Origin: Macrostomum hystrix
Lineage: Eukaryota > Animalia > Platyhelminthes
Direction of reading: 5' to 3'
Assembly: GCA_950097015.1 (NCBI GenBank)
Contig: CATNEN010000003.1
Location: 15,314,001 to 15,378,000, forward strand
Length of the DNA: 64,000 nucleotides
The translations under genes were made by a program, and so were the position numbers. This document shows positions 42,201 to 57,200 of this stretch, one piece after another. Position 1 is the first letter of the stretch. Every line of letters starts with the position of its first letter. Under the pieces are notes generated by a model, which was not told the DNA's origin, ran no database searches, and saw nothing but the letters and a program-made list of their open reading frames with translations.

Positions 42201-45200
42201 ATCTACCTGATTCATTATCTACCCAGTTCATTATCTACCCGATTCATTATCTACCCAATTCATTATCTACCCGATTCATTATCTACCCAATTCATTATCT
42301 ACCCAATTAATTATCTACCCAGTTCATTATCTACCCAATTAATTATCTACCCGATTCATTATCTACCCGATTCATTATCTACCCAGTTCATTATCTACCC
42401 AATTCGTTATCTACCCAATTCGTTATCTACCCAATTCGTTATCTACCCGATTCGTTATCTACCAAATTCGTTGTCTACCTAATTTGTTATCTACCTGATT
42501 CATTATCTACCCAGTTCACTATCTACCCAATTCATTATCTACCCAGTTCATTATCTACCCAACTAATTATCTACCCAGTTCATTATCTACCCAATTAATT
42601 ATCTACCCAGTTCACTATCTACCCAATTCATTATCTACCCAATTAATTATCTACCCGATTCATTATCTACCCAATTCATTATCTACCCGATTCATTATCT
42701 ACCCAATTCATTATCTACCCAATTAATTATCTACCCAGTTCATTATCTACCCAATTAATTATCTACCCGATTCATTATCTACCCGATTCATTATCTACCC
42801 AGTTCACTATCTACACAATTCATTATCTACCCAGTTCATTATCTACCCAATAATTATCTACCCAGTTCATTATCTACCCAATTAATTATCTACCCAGTTC
42901 ATTATCTACCCAATTAATTATCTACCCAGTTCATTATCTACCCAATTAATTATCTACCCGATTCATTATCTACCCAATTCATTATCTACCCAATTCATTA
43001 TCTACCCAATTAATTATCTACCCAATTCATTATCTACCCGATTCATTATCTACCCAATTCATTATCTACCCAATTCATTATCTACCCAATTCATTATCTA
43101 CCCAATTCATTATCTACCCAATTCATTATCTACCCAGTTCATTATCTACCCGATTCATTATCTACCCGATTCATTATCTACCCGATTCATTATCTACCCA
43201 GTTCACTATCTACCCAATTCATTATCTACCCAGTTCATTATCTACCCGATTCATTATCTACCCGATTCATTATCTACCCGATTCATTATCTACCCGATTC
43301 ATTATCTACCCAGTTCATTATCTACCCGATCCATTATCTACCCAGTTCATTATCTACCCAATTAATTATCTACCCAGTTCATTATCTACCCAGTTCATTA
43401 TCTACCCGATTCATTTCTACCCAATTCGTTATCTATCCAATTCGTTATCTATCCAATTCGTTATCTACCCAATTCGTTATCTATCCAATTCGTTATCTAC
43501 CCAATTAGTTATCTACCCAATTAATTATCTACCCAGTTCATTATCTACCCAATTAATTATCTACCCAGTTCATTATCTACCCAATTAATTATCTACCCAG
43601 TTCATTATCTACCCAATTAATTATCTACCCGATTCATTATCTATCCGATTCATTATCTACCCAATTAGTTATCTATCCAATTCGTTATCTACCCAATTCG
43701 TTATCTATCCAATTCGTTATCTACCCAATTAGTTATCTACCCAATTAATTATCTACCCAGTTCATTATCTACCCAATTAATTATCTACCCAGTTCATTAT
43801 CTACCCAATTAATTATCTACCCAGTTCATTATCTACCCAATTAATTATCTACCCGATTCATTATCTACCCAGTTCATTATCTACCCAGTTCATTATCTAC
43901 CCAGTTCATTATCTACCCAGTGCATTATCTACCCAGTTCATTATCTACCCAGTTCATTATCTACCCAGTGCATTATCTACCCAGTTCATTATCTACCCAG
44001 TTCATTATCTACCCAGTTCATTATCTACCCAGTTCATTATCTACCCAGTTCATTATCTACCCAGTGCATTATCTACCCAGTTCATTATCTACCCAGTTCA
44101 TTATCTACCCAGTTCATTATCTACCCAGTTCATTATCTACCCAGTTCATTATCTACCCAGTTCATTATCTACCCAGTTCATTATCTACCCAGTTCATTAT
44201 CTACCCAATTCATTATCTACCCAGTTCATTATCTACCCAGTTCATTATCTACCCAGTTCATTATCTACCCAGTTCATTATCTACCCAATTCATTATCTAC
44301 CCAGTTCATTATCTACCCAATGAATTATGCACCCAGTTCATTATCTACCCACTTGTAGTGTATGGCCATTATCTGCATTTTCCATTTCTTTGGAAAAATA
44401 ACCCACCCATTTCTCTGAGTACTAGTTCTCAGGGCTGCAAGCTATTGGCAGGAGAGGCACGCTTGTGTATTTTCAGTTTGCGCTCTCAAAAGTTTATTCC
44501 TTATTCCTATATCCCACTTAGCAAACTAACACCTTTGTCTAATCTCCAGTTACAGTCTAGACATCTACATTTGTTGAATAAAATGCTTGGAAGTTTAAAA
44601 AAAACTGGATCTACCACATAGAAAGGAAATGAGTTTTTTGAAAAGCTCGCAGAATATTTAAAACCCACCTAGAAAATTCTTCCCATTTTGGGATAAACTT
44701 ACTCCCCCCACCTTGAGAGTAGAATTAGTTGACCAGCAAGTTGATTAAAGTCGGAGTGTTGACTCTGGGAAAATATTAATCTAAGCACTCACGATTGCAT
44801 AAGTTGATGAAGAGAGAAATGATGGTCAAGTGGAACTGAAAGTTTTATTTGACTCAAAACTGCCGTTAACTTAAAATGCAAAACAAGTTGTGAGTCTATG
44901 AATGAGTGTTAAGCTGTTTCTAGTAATCTGTTTGCTAACATATTACAAAATCTAACACCTTCTATGCTAAACTCATGGTCCTATAGTTTCGTACAAATGC
45001 TTGTTTAAGTCGACTAAACTATTCTGAATCTATATTATTTTATCAAGATTTGCAGCGATAATACATTATTAAAACTACATTTAGTACAGATGTTATATTA
45101 AACTATTTAAACCTTTTTATCAGCAGATATTGTAGCCTAGTGATTAGAGCGTCAGACTCACGACTTGAAGGTCGGGGGTTCGATTCCAGACCCCACTGGA

Positions 45201-48200
45201 ACCATTCGTGTCCTTCAGCAAGACACTTAACTCTGCATTGCTACAGTTCACCCAGCTGTTTAATTGGGTTCCAGCATTAGCTGGGGGAATTGAGGGTGGG
45301 TGTGGCGTCCCCCCAGTCCATGGACTGAACAGTCGTACGCAGTCTTCAGATGCGCCGCGCAATAGCTGCGTCTGTGCTGTCTGCTGCACATCTGGCCTAC
45401 TCGTTGCAGATGTAATCAATTACTATTTTTATTTACAGTAGAAGTATCAACTGGGGCCGTCAATTAACTGTTCTGCTACCGAACGGAGCAACGCAAGCAC
45501 ACGAAACTCAAGAACACGGACCAACTTTTTGATGCGCAACTTTTAAAACAAGAATCAAGCCGCCAGCCATTCAGACCGTCGAGATATTCAATGTTTCTGG
45601 CCGAAGGTCAGATTTTTTCCAAAAGCGCTAGTGTATTTCATGCACCCCTATGCACGAATTAGCACTGCGCCTCACTGCGGCCTTGACAGGCCTTCAAAAT
45701 TTATCAGCATGTCACCCCAATGTGCCTGCATCAACTCCGTCTTTGGTGGTCACCTACCTTTATCTAGACGGAGCTTCTGGACCTTCAACAAGTAATAGTT
45801 GACTCCATTGCCAGCTGGAGTCACCCTGCTGACGGTGCTGACGGCGTCGGGGTGGTGACTGGTTGACCGACTAGGCGAGGGTCCTGTCGTTGCGCTTGGC
45901 TCCATATTGATGCTTGATCAGCGAAATAGGAGAAATTTTCATCAGGGTGTCCATATTTTAGCTAGTGTCACTTGTTGAAGGTCCAGGAGCTCCGTCTAGA
46001 TAAAGGTGCGTGACCACCGAAGACGGAGATGATGCAGGCACATTCGGGTGACATGCTGACAAGGTTTGAATGCCTGGCAAGGCGGCACTGAGGCGCAGTG
46101 CTAATTCCTGTGTAGGGGTGTATGAATACACTATTTCTTAATGGAAAAATCGGACCTTCGACCAGAACCATTGAATATCCCGATGGTCTGAAGAGCTGGC
46201 GACTTGATTATTGTTTCAGAAGATGCGCAACAAAAGTTTGGTCCGTGTTCTTGAGTTTCGTGTGCTTGCGTTGCTCCGTTAGTATAAAAACGGGTGGCAA
46301 AATGGTTTGGTAATCCTACTGGTAATTATTATGATTATCAGTTGCAAAACTGCCGTTATTAACAGGTCAGTTACCTCGAAATCAACAAAGCTTAGATTTG
46401 AACTATTACACTTCTTTTTCTCAAGTGACCTATTTTTGGACTACTGAAATAGCAGTCCAGAAAATCCTTCTTGACTAAAAAAGATGGAAAATCAAAAGAA
46501 AAGTAGAAAGTTAAAAAATATTATTTGATGCAATTTTCATGTCGCACCTGTCAACTCGTGGGGTTGCCGTATTCGAAACACACTCTTGGGATTAAAATCC
46601 CATAGCATATGTTCCGTTTGAAAGTATTTTTCTTGCACAGAGAGAACAAGAGGAAAATTAAAAAGTGCACAGGATGTATGCTAAGCAGCTGAAAGTTTTA
46701 ACTGGCAAATTGGATTCATTGATAAAATTTGTACACTTTGCGTAGTTTAAATCTAATTTGATTTCATATATATGGCAGACAGGTGTTAGAGACTGGTAAA
46801 TTTGACAAGATAGAGACAGGTAGATAAGATGACATAGGGACAGGTAGGTTATATATTTAGAGACAGGTAGATTAGATAGATAGATAGAGAAGGTAGATTA
46901 AATAGATAGAGACAGGAGATTAGAGAGATAGAGACAAGTAGATTAGATAGATAAAGACAGGTAGATTAGATAGATTGAGACAGGTAGATAAAATAAGATA
47001 GGGACAAGTAGGTTAGATAGATAGAGACATGTAGATTAGATAGATGGAGACAGGTAGATTAGATAGATAGAGACAGGTAGATTAGATAGATTGAGACAGG
47101 TAGATAAGATAAGATAGGGACAAGTAGGTTAGATAGATAGAGACATGTAGATTAGATAGATGGAGACAGGTAGATTAGATAGATAGAGACAGGTAGATTA
47201 AATAGATAAAGTCAGGTAGATTAGATAGATAAAGACAGGTAGATTAGATAGATAAAGACAGGTAGATTAGATAGATAAAGACATGTAGATTAGATAGATA
47301 GAGACAGGTAGATTAGATAGATAGAGACAGGTAGATTAGATAGATAAAGACAGATAGATTAGATAGATAAAGACAGGTAGATTAGATAGATAAAGAAAGG
47401 TAGATTAGATAGATAAAGACAGGTAGATTAGATAGATAGAGACAGGTAGATTAAATAGTTAAAGACAGGTAGATTAAATAGATAAAGACAGGTAGATTAA
47501 ATAGATAAAGACAGGTAGATTAGATAGATAAAGACAGGTAGACTAAATAGATAAAGACAGGTAGATTAAATACATAAAGACAGGTAGATTAAATAGATAA
47601 AGACAGGTAGATTGAATACATAAAGACAGGTAGATTAGATAGATAAAGACAGGTAGATTAGATAGATAAAGACAGGTAGATTAAATGGATAATGACAGGT
47701 AGATTAAATAGATAAAGACAGGTAGATTAGATCGATAAAGACAGATAGATTAGATAGATAAAGACAGGTAGATTAGATAGATAAAGACAGGTAGATTAAA
47801 TGGATAAAGACAGGTAGATTAGATAGATAAAGACAGGTAGATTAGAGAGATAAAGACAGGTAGATTAGATAGATAAAGATAGGTTGATTAAATAGATAAG
47901 ACAGGTAGATTAGATAGATAAAGACAGGTAGATTAGATAGATAAAGACAGGTAGATTAAATGGATAAAGACAGGTAGATTAAATAGATAAAGACAGGTAG
48001 ATTAAATGGATAAAGACAGGTAGATTAAATAGATAAAGACAGGTAGATTAAATGGATAAAGACAGGTAGATTAGACAACAACAGAATTCTGAGCTCTGAA
48101 TGATCCTGAATAGGTTAGTTCAGTATTCAAAATTTGCACTATTTTTCACTAGCCATATATTGGCACATCAATTTCGGTGTGTGATGTGACCGGAGTCCAG

Positions 48201-51200
48201 TGAATTCCATGGTGAGGCTCGAGTGTCACCTCTCGGTACTAGTACAGGCCAAAGTCCACATAGGCTATAAACTGTGGCCTATGTAACATCTATTTAATCG
48301 ACCCAAAAGCTAAACCGCGTATTATTTTCGAGTGGCTAGGCCAAATGCCACTTCATCTAAATCTCTAGCTTGTGCCATAAACCCTATCTTAGTTTCTGTA
48401 CATATACGATATTTAGGTAATGTTATTTGTACATTAATTAATATGTTAGTTAAATGATTAAACTAAGGATCACTCAAATTTTTTAATCTAATCGAAAAGT
48501 AACGAAGGTTAAAAGTAGCGGAAGTTAGTTTTGAAGCAATTAGGAAGACATCTAATATTTATAAAAAATGAAATTAAAAATGACGTTCATTGTTTTAGAC
48601 TAAAGTGAGAAAGTAACGATAGCTTTTTTGTATATGCAAAAGTAACGGAACCTATTTTTAGCTACCCTGCAAAAGAAACGGTCGCTTATTTTCTTGTTAC
48701 CCAGTAAAACTTGCGCAATAATAGATCATATAAATAATTGCAGGAGGGCTGCGGGCAATGACTCATCATTTGGTGACACTAGACCCGCAGCCAGCGAGGA
48801 GGCAATTCTGCCCATTTCGCTGACTCCTGAGCACACACGCACACAGATACTGTACGCAGGCACACGCTCACACAGGTGTGTACATCTGCCCTGACTTTCT
48901 CATCGTCAGGCAGTGTACATTTCACTGTGCCTTGGAGGTTGGCCCTCAAGGGCGTAAATTGCACGACAAGCCACCAAGCCTTCTCTCCGCGGCTGCGCCT
49001 CAAATGAATGTGGCCTCGCCGCGGAATCGAGCTTTGGGACATTGGTGCTAGAGGCAAATGCATTAATTGCGTTAATCTCTCTCTCTCGCTCTGGCACTCC
49101 CCCCCTTCTTAAAACTAGCGTAGGGTTGAGTCTAGATACCCAACAAAGTTAACGGAAGCTTCTATCTAGCTACCCAGCAGAAGTAACGAATTGTTTGTTT
49201 AGAGCTAATTAACGAGCTATCTAGATAAGGGAAACTAACTATGGGGGATGCACAGATTAGATTGATAGCCTAAAAGATACCCAACGACTTTCGCAATCTC
49301 AATTCTGGCCTTACCAAATTGTTTTTTTCAATCACTTGCTAATAATGCTTGACGTCAATCTTCTTTGGGCGATAACGATTGCGTGCGTGACCTCTAAATA
49401 TTCATTTATTTTCTTCATCATAACCGCTGCCTGCCCACTAGATTGGAAGTCTGTTAAACCAATAAATTCGTTATCAAAGTCATGGCTACTGCGACTAGGA
49501 TGATAATAACTGATTAGCGCAGAGCAAAAGACAATTAATTATATTAACGCTACTTTGGCTAAAGAAAGTGAATCGTTTTAACAATTATTCAGTGTCAGAT
49601 TGAAATCAGATTTTATTCTCAACCTGCCTCAATTGTTATCTTTTCTTTTCGGCCTGCCTTCCACACAATCTACCTCTATTCACTGTCGACCTACCTCTTG
49701 ATCTATCTCGCTATCTGCCTTTATCTATCTACCTCTCTCTCTTTATCAACCTCTCTCTATCTACCTCTCTCTATCTACCTCTCTCTCTCTTTTTCTATCT
49801 CTCTCGCGGTATCTACCTCTCTCTCTATCTACCTCTCTCTCTATCTACCTCTCTCTCTTTATCAACCTCTCTCTATCTACCTCTCTCTCTCTTTTTCTAT
49901 CTCTCTCGCGGTATCTACCTCTCTCTCTATCTGCCTCTCTCTTTATCTACCTATCTCTCTTTATCTACCTCTCTCTCTATCTGCCTCTCTCTTTATCTAC
50001 CTCTCTCTATCTACCTCTCTCTCTCTTTTTCTATCTCTCTCTATCTACCTCTCTCTCTCTTTATCTACCTCTCTCTATCTACCTCTCTCTCTCTCTTTTT
50101 CTATCTCTCTCTTTATCTACCTCTCTCTTTATCTATCTCTCTCTCTTTATCTACCTCTCTCACTATCCACCTCTCTCTCACTATCTACCGCTCTCTCTTT
50201 ATCTACCTCTCTCTCTTTATCTACCTCTCTCTCACTATCTACCTCTCTCTCTTTATCTACCTCTCTCTCTTTATCTACCTCTCTCTCTTTATCTACCTCT
50301 CTCTCTTTATCAACCTCTCTCTTTATCTACCTATCTCTCACTATCTACCTCTCTCTCTTTATCTACTATCTCTCTCACTATCTACCCCTCTTTATCTACC
50401 TCTCTCTCACTATCTACCTCTCTCTCTTTATCTACCTCTCTCTCTTTATCTACCTCTCTCTCTTTATCTACCTCTCTCTATCCACTTCTCTCTCACTATC
50501 TACCTCTCTCTCTTTATCTACCTCTCTCTATCAATCCCTCTCTCTCTATCTAACTCTTTATCTACCTCTTTATCTACCTCTTTATCTACCTCTTTATCTA
50601 CCTCTTTATCTACCTCTTTATCTACCTCTTTATCTACCTCTTTATCTACCTCTTTATCTACCTCTTTATCTACCTCTTTATCTGCCTATCTATCTACCTC
50701 TTTATCTACCTCTTTATCTACCTCTTTATCTACCTCTTTATCTACCTCTTTATCTACCTCTTTATCTACCTCTTTATCTACCTCTTTATCTACCTCTTTA
50801 TCTACCTCTTTATCTACCTCTTTATCTACCTCTTTATCTACCTCTTTATCTACCTCTTTATCTACCTCTTTATCTGCCTATTTATCTACCTCTTTATCTA
50901 CCTCTTTATCTACCTCTTTATCTACCTCTTTATCTACCTCTTTATCTACCTCTTTATCTACCTCTTTATCTACCTCTTTATCTACCTCTTTATCTACCTC
51001 TTTATCTGCCTATTTATCTACCTCTTTATCTACCTCTTTATCTACCTCTTTATCTACCTCTTTATCTGCCTATTTATCTACCTCTTTATCTGCCTATTTA
51101 TCTACCTCTTTATCTACCTCTTTATCTACCTCTTTATCTACCTCTTTATCTACCTCTTTATCTACCTCTTTATCTGCCTATTTATCTACCTCTTTATCTA

Positions 51201-54200
51201 CCTCTTTATCTACCTCTTTATCTACCTCTTTATCTGCCTATTTATCTACCTCTTTATCTACCTCTTTATCTACCTCTTTATCTACCTCTTTATCTACCTC
51301 TTTATCTACCTCTTTATCTACCTCTTTATCTACCTCTTTATCTACCTCTTTATCTACCTCTTTATCTGCCTATTTATCTACCTCTTTATCTACCTCTTTA
51401 TCTACCTCTTTATCTACCTCTTTATCTACCTCTTTATCTACCTCTTTATCTACCTCTTTATCTACCTCTTTATCTTCCTCTTTATCTACCTCTTTATCTA
51501 CCTCTTTATCTACCTCTTTATCTACCTCTTTATCTACCTCTTTATCTTCCTCTTTATCTACCTCTTTATCTACCTCTTTATCTACCTCTTTATCTACCTC
51601 TTTATCTACCTCTTTATCTACCTCTTTATCTACCTCTTTATCTACCTCTTTATCTACCTCTTTATCTACCTCTTTATCTACCTCTTTATCTACCTCTTTA
51701 TCTACCTCTTTATCTGCCTCTTTATCTACCTCTTTATCTGCCTCTTTATCTACCTCTTTATCTACCTCTTTATCTACCTCTTTATCTGCCTCTTTATCTA
51801 CCTCTTTATCTACCTCTTTATCTGCCTATTTATCTACCTCTTTATCTACCTCTTTATCTACCTCTTTATCTACCTCTTTATCTACCTCTTTATCTACCTC
51901 TTTATCTACCTCTTTATCTACCTCTTTATCTACCTCTTTATCTACCTCTTTATCTACCTCTTTATCTACCTCTTTATCTACCTCTTTATCTACCTCTTTA
52001 TCTACCTCTTTATCTACCTCTTTATCTACCTCTTTATCTACCTCTTTATCTACCTCTTTATCTACCTCTTTATCTACCTCTTTATCTGCCTATTTATCTA
52101 CCTCTTTATCTGCCTATTTATCTACCTCTTTATCTACCTCTTTATCTACCTCTTTATCTACCTCTTTATCTACCTCTTTATCTACCTCTTTATCTACCTC
52201 TTTATCTACCTCTTTATCTACCTCTTTATCTACCTCTTTATCTACCTCTTTATCTACCTCTTTATCTACCTCTTTATCTACCTCTTTATCTACCTCTTTA
52301 TCTACCTCTTTATCTACCTCTTTATCTGCCTCTTTATCTACCTCTTTATCTGCCTCTTTATCTACCTCTTTATCTACCTCTTTATCTACCTCTTTATCTG
52401 CCTCTTTATCTACCTCTTTATCTACCTCTTTATCTGCCTATTTATCTACCTCTTTATCTACCTCTTTATCTACCTCTTTATCTACCTCTTTATCTACCTC
52501 TTTATCTACCTCTTTATCTACCTCTTTATCTACCTCTTTATCTGCCTATTTATCTACAACTCTATCAACCTCAACTCCGTGGTAGTCTCTCTGTCCCCAA
52601 ATCCTGAAACTAAATCCCTGACATTTCCTTTGGATTTTCTACTAGCTCTCAATAAGGTGCAGTTGAGCGCACTATTTCACGCCATCATTGGCTAGTCAAG
52701 TATATTGTCGTCCAATATTTCAAAGCTCTCTTCGCCTCTACAGTTGAATGGTAATATTCATCAAGTGAGAGATTAGCAGTGGCGGTGAAATAATTAATTG
52801 CTCAATCGGTTGAGAACTGGCCGGTCAAATTAAGTTGCCCCGTTTTTTTCTAGCCTGCCTCCCCAGCAAAGCCACTACTCCCTAGCCCGACGACAAAAAG
52901 AATTCTAGTGACAATTTTTTTCCTTAAGATTCGACTCGAAGGCGGCCTTCTCAAGCGAAGCTGGACTTCCTCTGGTTCTGGCCGACACACCAACCCCCAG
53001 CCCAGCCTCCGATATCCTCATCAACTGGAGTCGGAAGCTCAGAAGAAGAAGAAGTCTTGAGTATATGGAACGCGACAAATCACTCAGCCAGCCAGTCCAG
53101 CCTCATTTTTCCAGGGTCAATTAATTTCTTCATTCTCCTTGGCCACTGCAGGAGAAGCAGACTACACACACACACACTCTCTCTCTAACGCCCGTGCACC
53201 CTTAAGCATTCCTGTCGTCTCTACTCATACCTACTCACACTCTTCTCTCTTCATCTGTTAGATTTTTTTGCCAACACGTCTGAAATTATATTTGACAGAA
53301 AGAAAATGACAAAATTAATTTTGAGGGTATGTAAATAATTTTTTTGCACAGAATATTAATCGCAGAATCACCTAGTGACAGGATTATGGGTTATTAGAAT
53401 CATTAAAAGACCCTCCCAAAGTCTTTACTGGAAGCCGATGCCACTTAAGTCACGTGACGGATTCGTTCTCTTGCAGGTTAGAAATGTACAGCCACTGTTT
53501 CCTATCCCACCAGTCATGTGACTAATTCATTCTCTAGGGCATAAATGTACAGCCACTGTTTCCTATCTCACTGGTCACGTGACTGATTCATTCTCTCCCA
53601 GGTAAGAAATTTACAGCCACTGTTTCTCATCTCACAGGTCACGTGACTGATTCATTCTCTCCCAGGTAAGAAATGTACAGCGGATGTTTCTTATCCCCGG
53701 TCACGTGACTGATTCATTCTCTTCATTCTTTTCTAGGTTAGAAATGTTCAGCGGGGTGTTTTTTTATCACCCGAGTCACGTGACTGGTTCGTTCATTCTA
53801 TGTTAGAAATATACAGCGGCTGTTTTTTATCACCCGAGTCACGTGACTGGTTCGTTCATTCTATGTTAGAAATGTACAGCGGCTGTTTTTTATCACCCGA
53901 GTCACGTGACTGGTTCGTTTTTAGAGACGTACATTGGATATTTTCTTATCACCTAGCTGGCCAGTCATGTGATTCATGTAAATTGACAGTGCCTTTTTCT
54001 TTATTAATCAGTCACGTGACCTCACTATTTTTAACGAGCAGATTTCCTGCCTAAAAGTGGACTATACCCTGAAGTCCATTTATAACCGGCGTCTACTTCC
54101 TTACAGTCACGTGACAAGGAAGCTCCAAATCAATCAAGCCCAGTGAAACCTAGCTGCAGTGTTAAGTAAAATCTTCATTGGGAGGGGGTATATTTCTGGC

Positions 54201-57200
54201 AAGCAAGCAGACAGCTATAGGCCATTATCTACTCTGGGCTGCTGTCAATCTTAGCGTGATTCGAGCGAGAAAAAATAGTAAGTGATACACAGTATTATAA
54301 TTATATATATATATGTATTTTTAGACCCGGGGCTTACTAATTTCCATCTCTCTACTGCAGTACACCGCCAGAACCCTACATTTTTTAGTCCACGAATTGC
54401 TCAATACAGAAAGCCTATCTATCTATAGTAGACCAAGTCTCTATACAAAAAGCTGCCTTGTAGCTATACTGTATTGGCTAACTGGGCGTGAAATTGATTT
54501 AGAAAGTAGGAGCGATTTCTGAGCAGCCTACGGCCAAACTCAACTCACACAGATTTTGTGTCTCTCTCTCTGTGTGTTGTGTGCCTGTCTGTAAGTTACA
54601 AAACAATTTTTTATGAAGGGGGTATACAACGCATTAGTTATCGCCGCTAGCTGCAGTTAGTAGATGAAGACAAGTTAAGCAAGGATATTGTCCGTTATAA
54701 AAGAGGATTTTCTAGGAACAGCCTATAAAAATGTTTTTTATATACACAAGAACATGATCGCGTCTATTCTATACAACAGATTCATCAACCGAGATTGAAC
54801 AAGTATGGACAAACTTGAATAAATTTGTTATTCAGAATCCGGAGACACTGATGTCCTTGGACTCTGAATATGTTCAGACTGATGATAAATGGGCTTCTGA
54901 GAGACTAGACTAAGCTAGACACTTACTTATAATTTTGATTTCATAAGTTAACACAATTGTAATCCTATTCTAGGGTGCCTAGGGTAGACATTTAGATTAG
55001 TTTGGCTGTGACAATATGTTACTGTGTTAGACTCAGGATGTGTGTTAGACACAGCATTTGTGTTAGACTCAGGATATGTGTTACACACGGAATGTGTGTT
55101 AGACACAGGATGTGTGTTAGACACAGGATGTGTGTTAGACTCAGGATATGTGTTAGACACAGGATGTGTGTTAGAAACGGGATGTGTGTTATGGACACAG
55201 GGTGTGTGTTATGGACACAGGATGTGTGTTAGACACAGGATGTGTGTTAGACACAGGATGTGTGTTAGACACGGGATGTGTGTTATGGACACAGGATGTG
55301 CGTTATGGACACAGGATGTGTGTTAGACACAGGATGTGTGTTAGACTCAGGATATGTGTTAGACACAGGATGTGTGTTATGGACACAGGATGTGTGTTAG
55401 ATCCGGGATGTGTGTTAGACACGGGATGTGTGTTAGATCCGGGATGTGTGTTAGACACGGGATGTGTGTTAGACACAGGATGTGTGTTAGACACAGGATG
55501 TGTGTTATGGACACAGGATGTGTGTTAGATCCGGGATGTGTGTTAGACACAGGATGTGTGTTAGATCCGGGATGTGTGTTAGACACGGGATGTGTGTTAG
55601 ACACAGGATGTGTGTTAGACACAGGATGTGTGTTAGACACAGGATATGTGTTAGACTCAGGATATGTGTTAGACTCAGGGTGTGTGTTAGACACAGGATG
55701 TGTGTTAGACACAGGATATGTGTTAGACACAGGATGTGTGTTAGACACAGGATATGTGTTACACACAGGATATGTGTTAGACACGGGATGTGTGTTAGAC
55801 ACAGGATATGTGTTAGACACAGGATGTGTGTTAGACTCAGGATGTGTGTTAGATACAGGATGTGTGTTAGACTCAGGATATGTGTTAGACACAGGATGTG
55901 TGTTAGACTCAGGATATGTGTTAGACACAGGATATGTTTTAGACTCAGGATATGTGTTAGACACAGGATAAGTATTAGACTCAGGATGTGTGTTAGACTC
56001 AGGATGTTTGTTAGACTCAGGATATGTTTTAGACACAGGATGTGTGTTGGACACGGGATGTGTGTTAGACACAGGATATGTGTTAGACACAGGATGTGTG
56101 TTAGACTCAGGATGTGTGTTAGACACAGGATGTGTGTTAGACTCAGGATATGTGTTAGACAGAGGATGTGTGTTAGACTCAGGATATGTTTTAGACACAG
56201 GATATGTGTTAGACTCAGGATATGTGTTAGACACAGGATAAGTATTAGACTCAGGATGTGTGTTAGACTCAGGATGTTTGTTAGACTCAGGATATGTGTT
56301 AGACACAGGATGTGTGTTAGACACAGGATATGTGTTAGACACAGGATGTGTTTTAGACACAGGATGTGTGTTAGACACAGGATGTGTGTTAGACTCAGGA
56401 TATGTGTTAGACTCAGGATATGTGTTAGACACAGGATGCCAGCTAAAGCCGCTTATCATGACACATTGAAAAAAAATGTCACGAAGAACAATGCTATAGT
56501 ATTGTTTCATTTTGTCGGTTCTCATTGTGAATGGATCCTTTGTTCAATATAAAGTCATCTGTGTGTTATTCCATCTATAACTCTATGGTTTATGACCTGT
56601 ATGTAACCAAAAATGCAAATTTCTTACTCCAAATAAATTATTCCTGCCATTGCCAATTTATAAGCTTATTGACAGACACTAGCAAAGCAGGTTTTAAAAG
56701 TCACTGATGTGTAAAATAGGAGAGACTAAGGTGTTACATACGAACAACCTTATTTTTTAAAGCGAAAGTTTAGGTACGCATATTTTCATTTCAAACTTTC
56801 CCGTACATTTTTCCTGCTTTCCTTTCGGGGAGTGAGGTTGTTGGTGAACTTGTTGTCTTTATAAAGGCTGAAATTTGCTTTTTTGAGTAGCAGAGAAATT
56901 CGATCGCTATAAGTGGGCGAACACTTTTCTGCTCTCTAGCTGTGCGGGTATGTGTTTGCGCCCCAAATTTTAGGGTAGCAAGAAAGAAATTTGCCTTCGA
57001 TTGCAGGCTGACAAAGATTAAAAAGTAGGCATTTAAAAATAATTGGTTAACTCACAAAAATACAAAGATACGTCGACTCTAAAGACTATAAAGTTACACT
57101 AAAGAAGGACGTTTATAATTACTCTAATTTTTTTCAACGAAAGTTTGAGAAACTAAGAAAAAGCGTTCTAATTTTGTTCCCATCCAATCAACAAAGTGCG

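Noticed and set aside
49698-52607. 969-aa LYLP-repeat ORF (also the ORFs at 43920, 55024-56552, 57915-59379, 60264, 27297, 37087)
   Set aside because: Stop-free translations of tandem repeats, mostly intronic, with no domain content.
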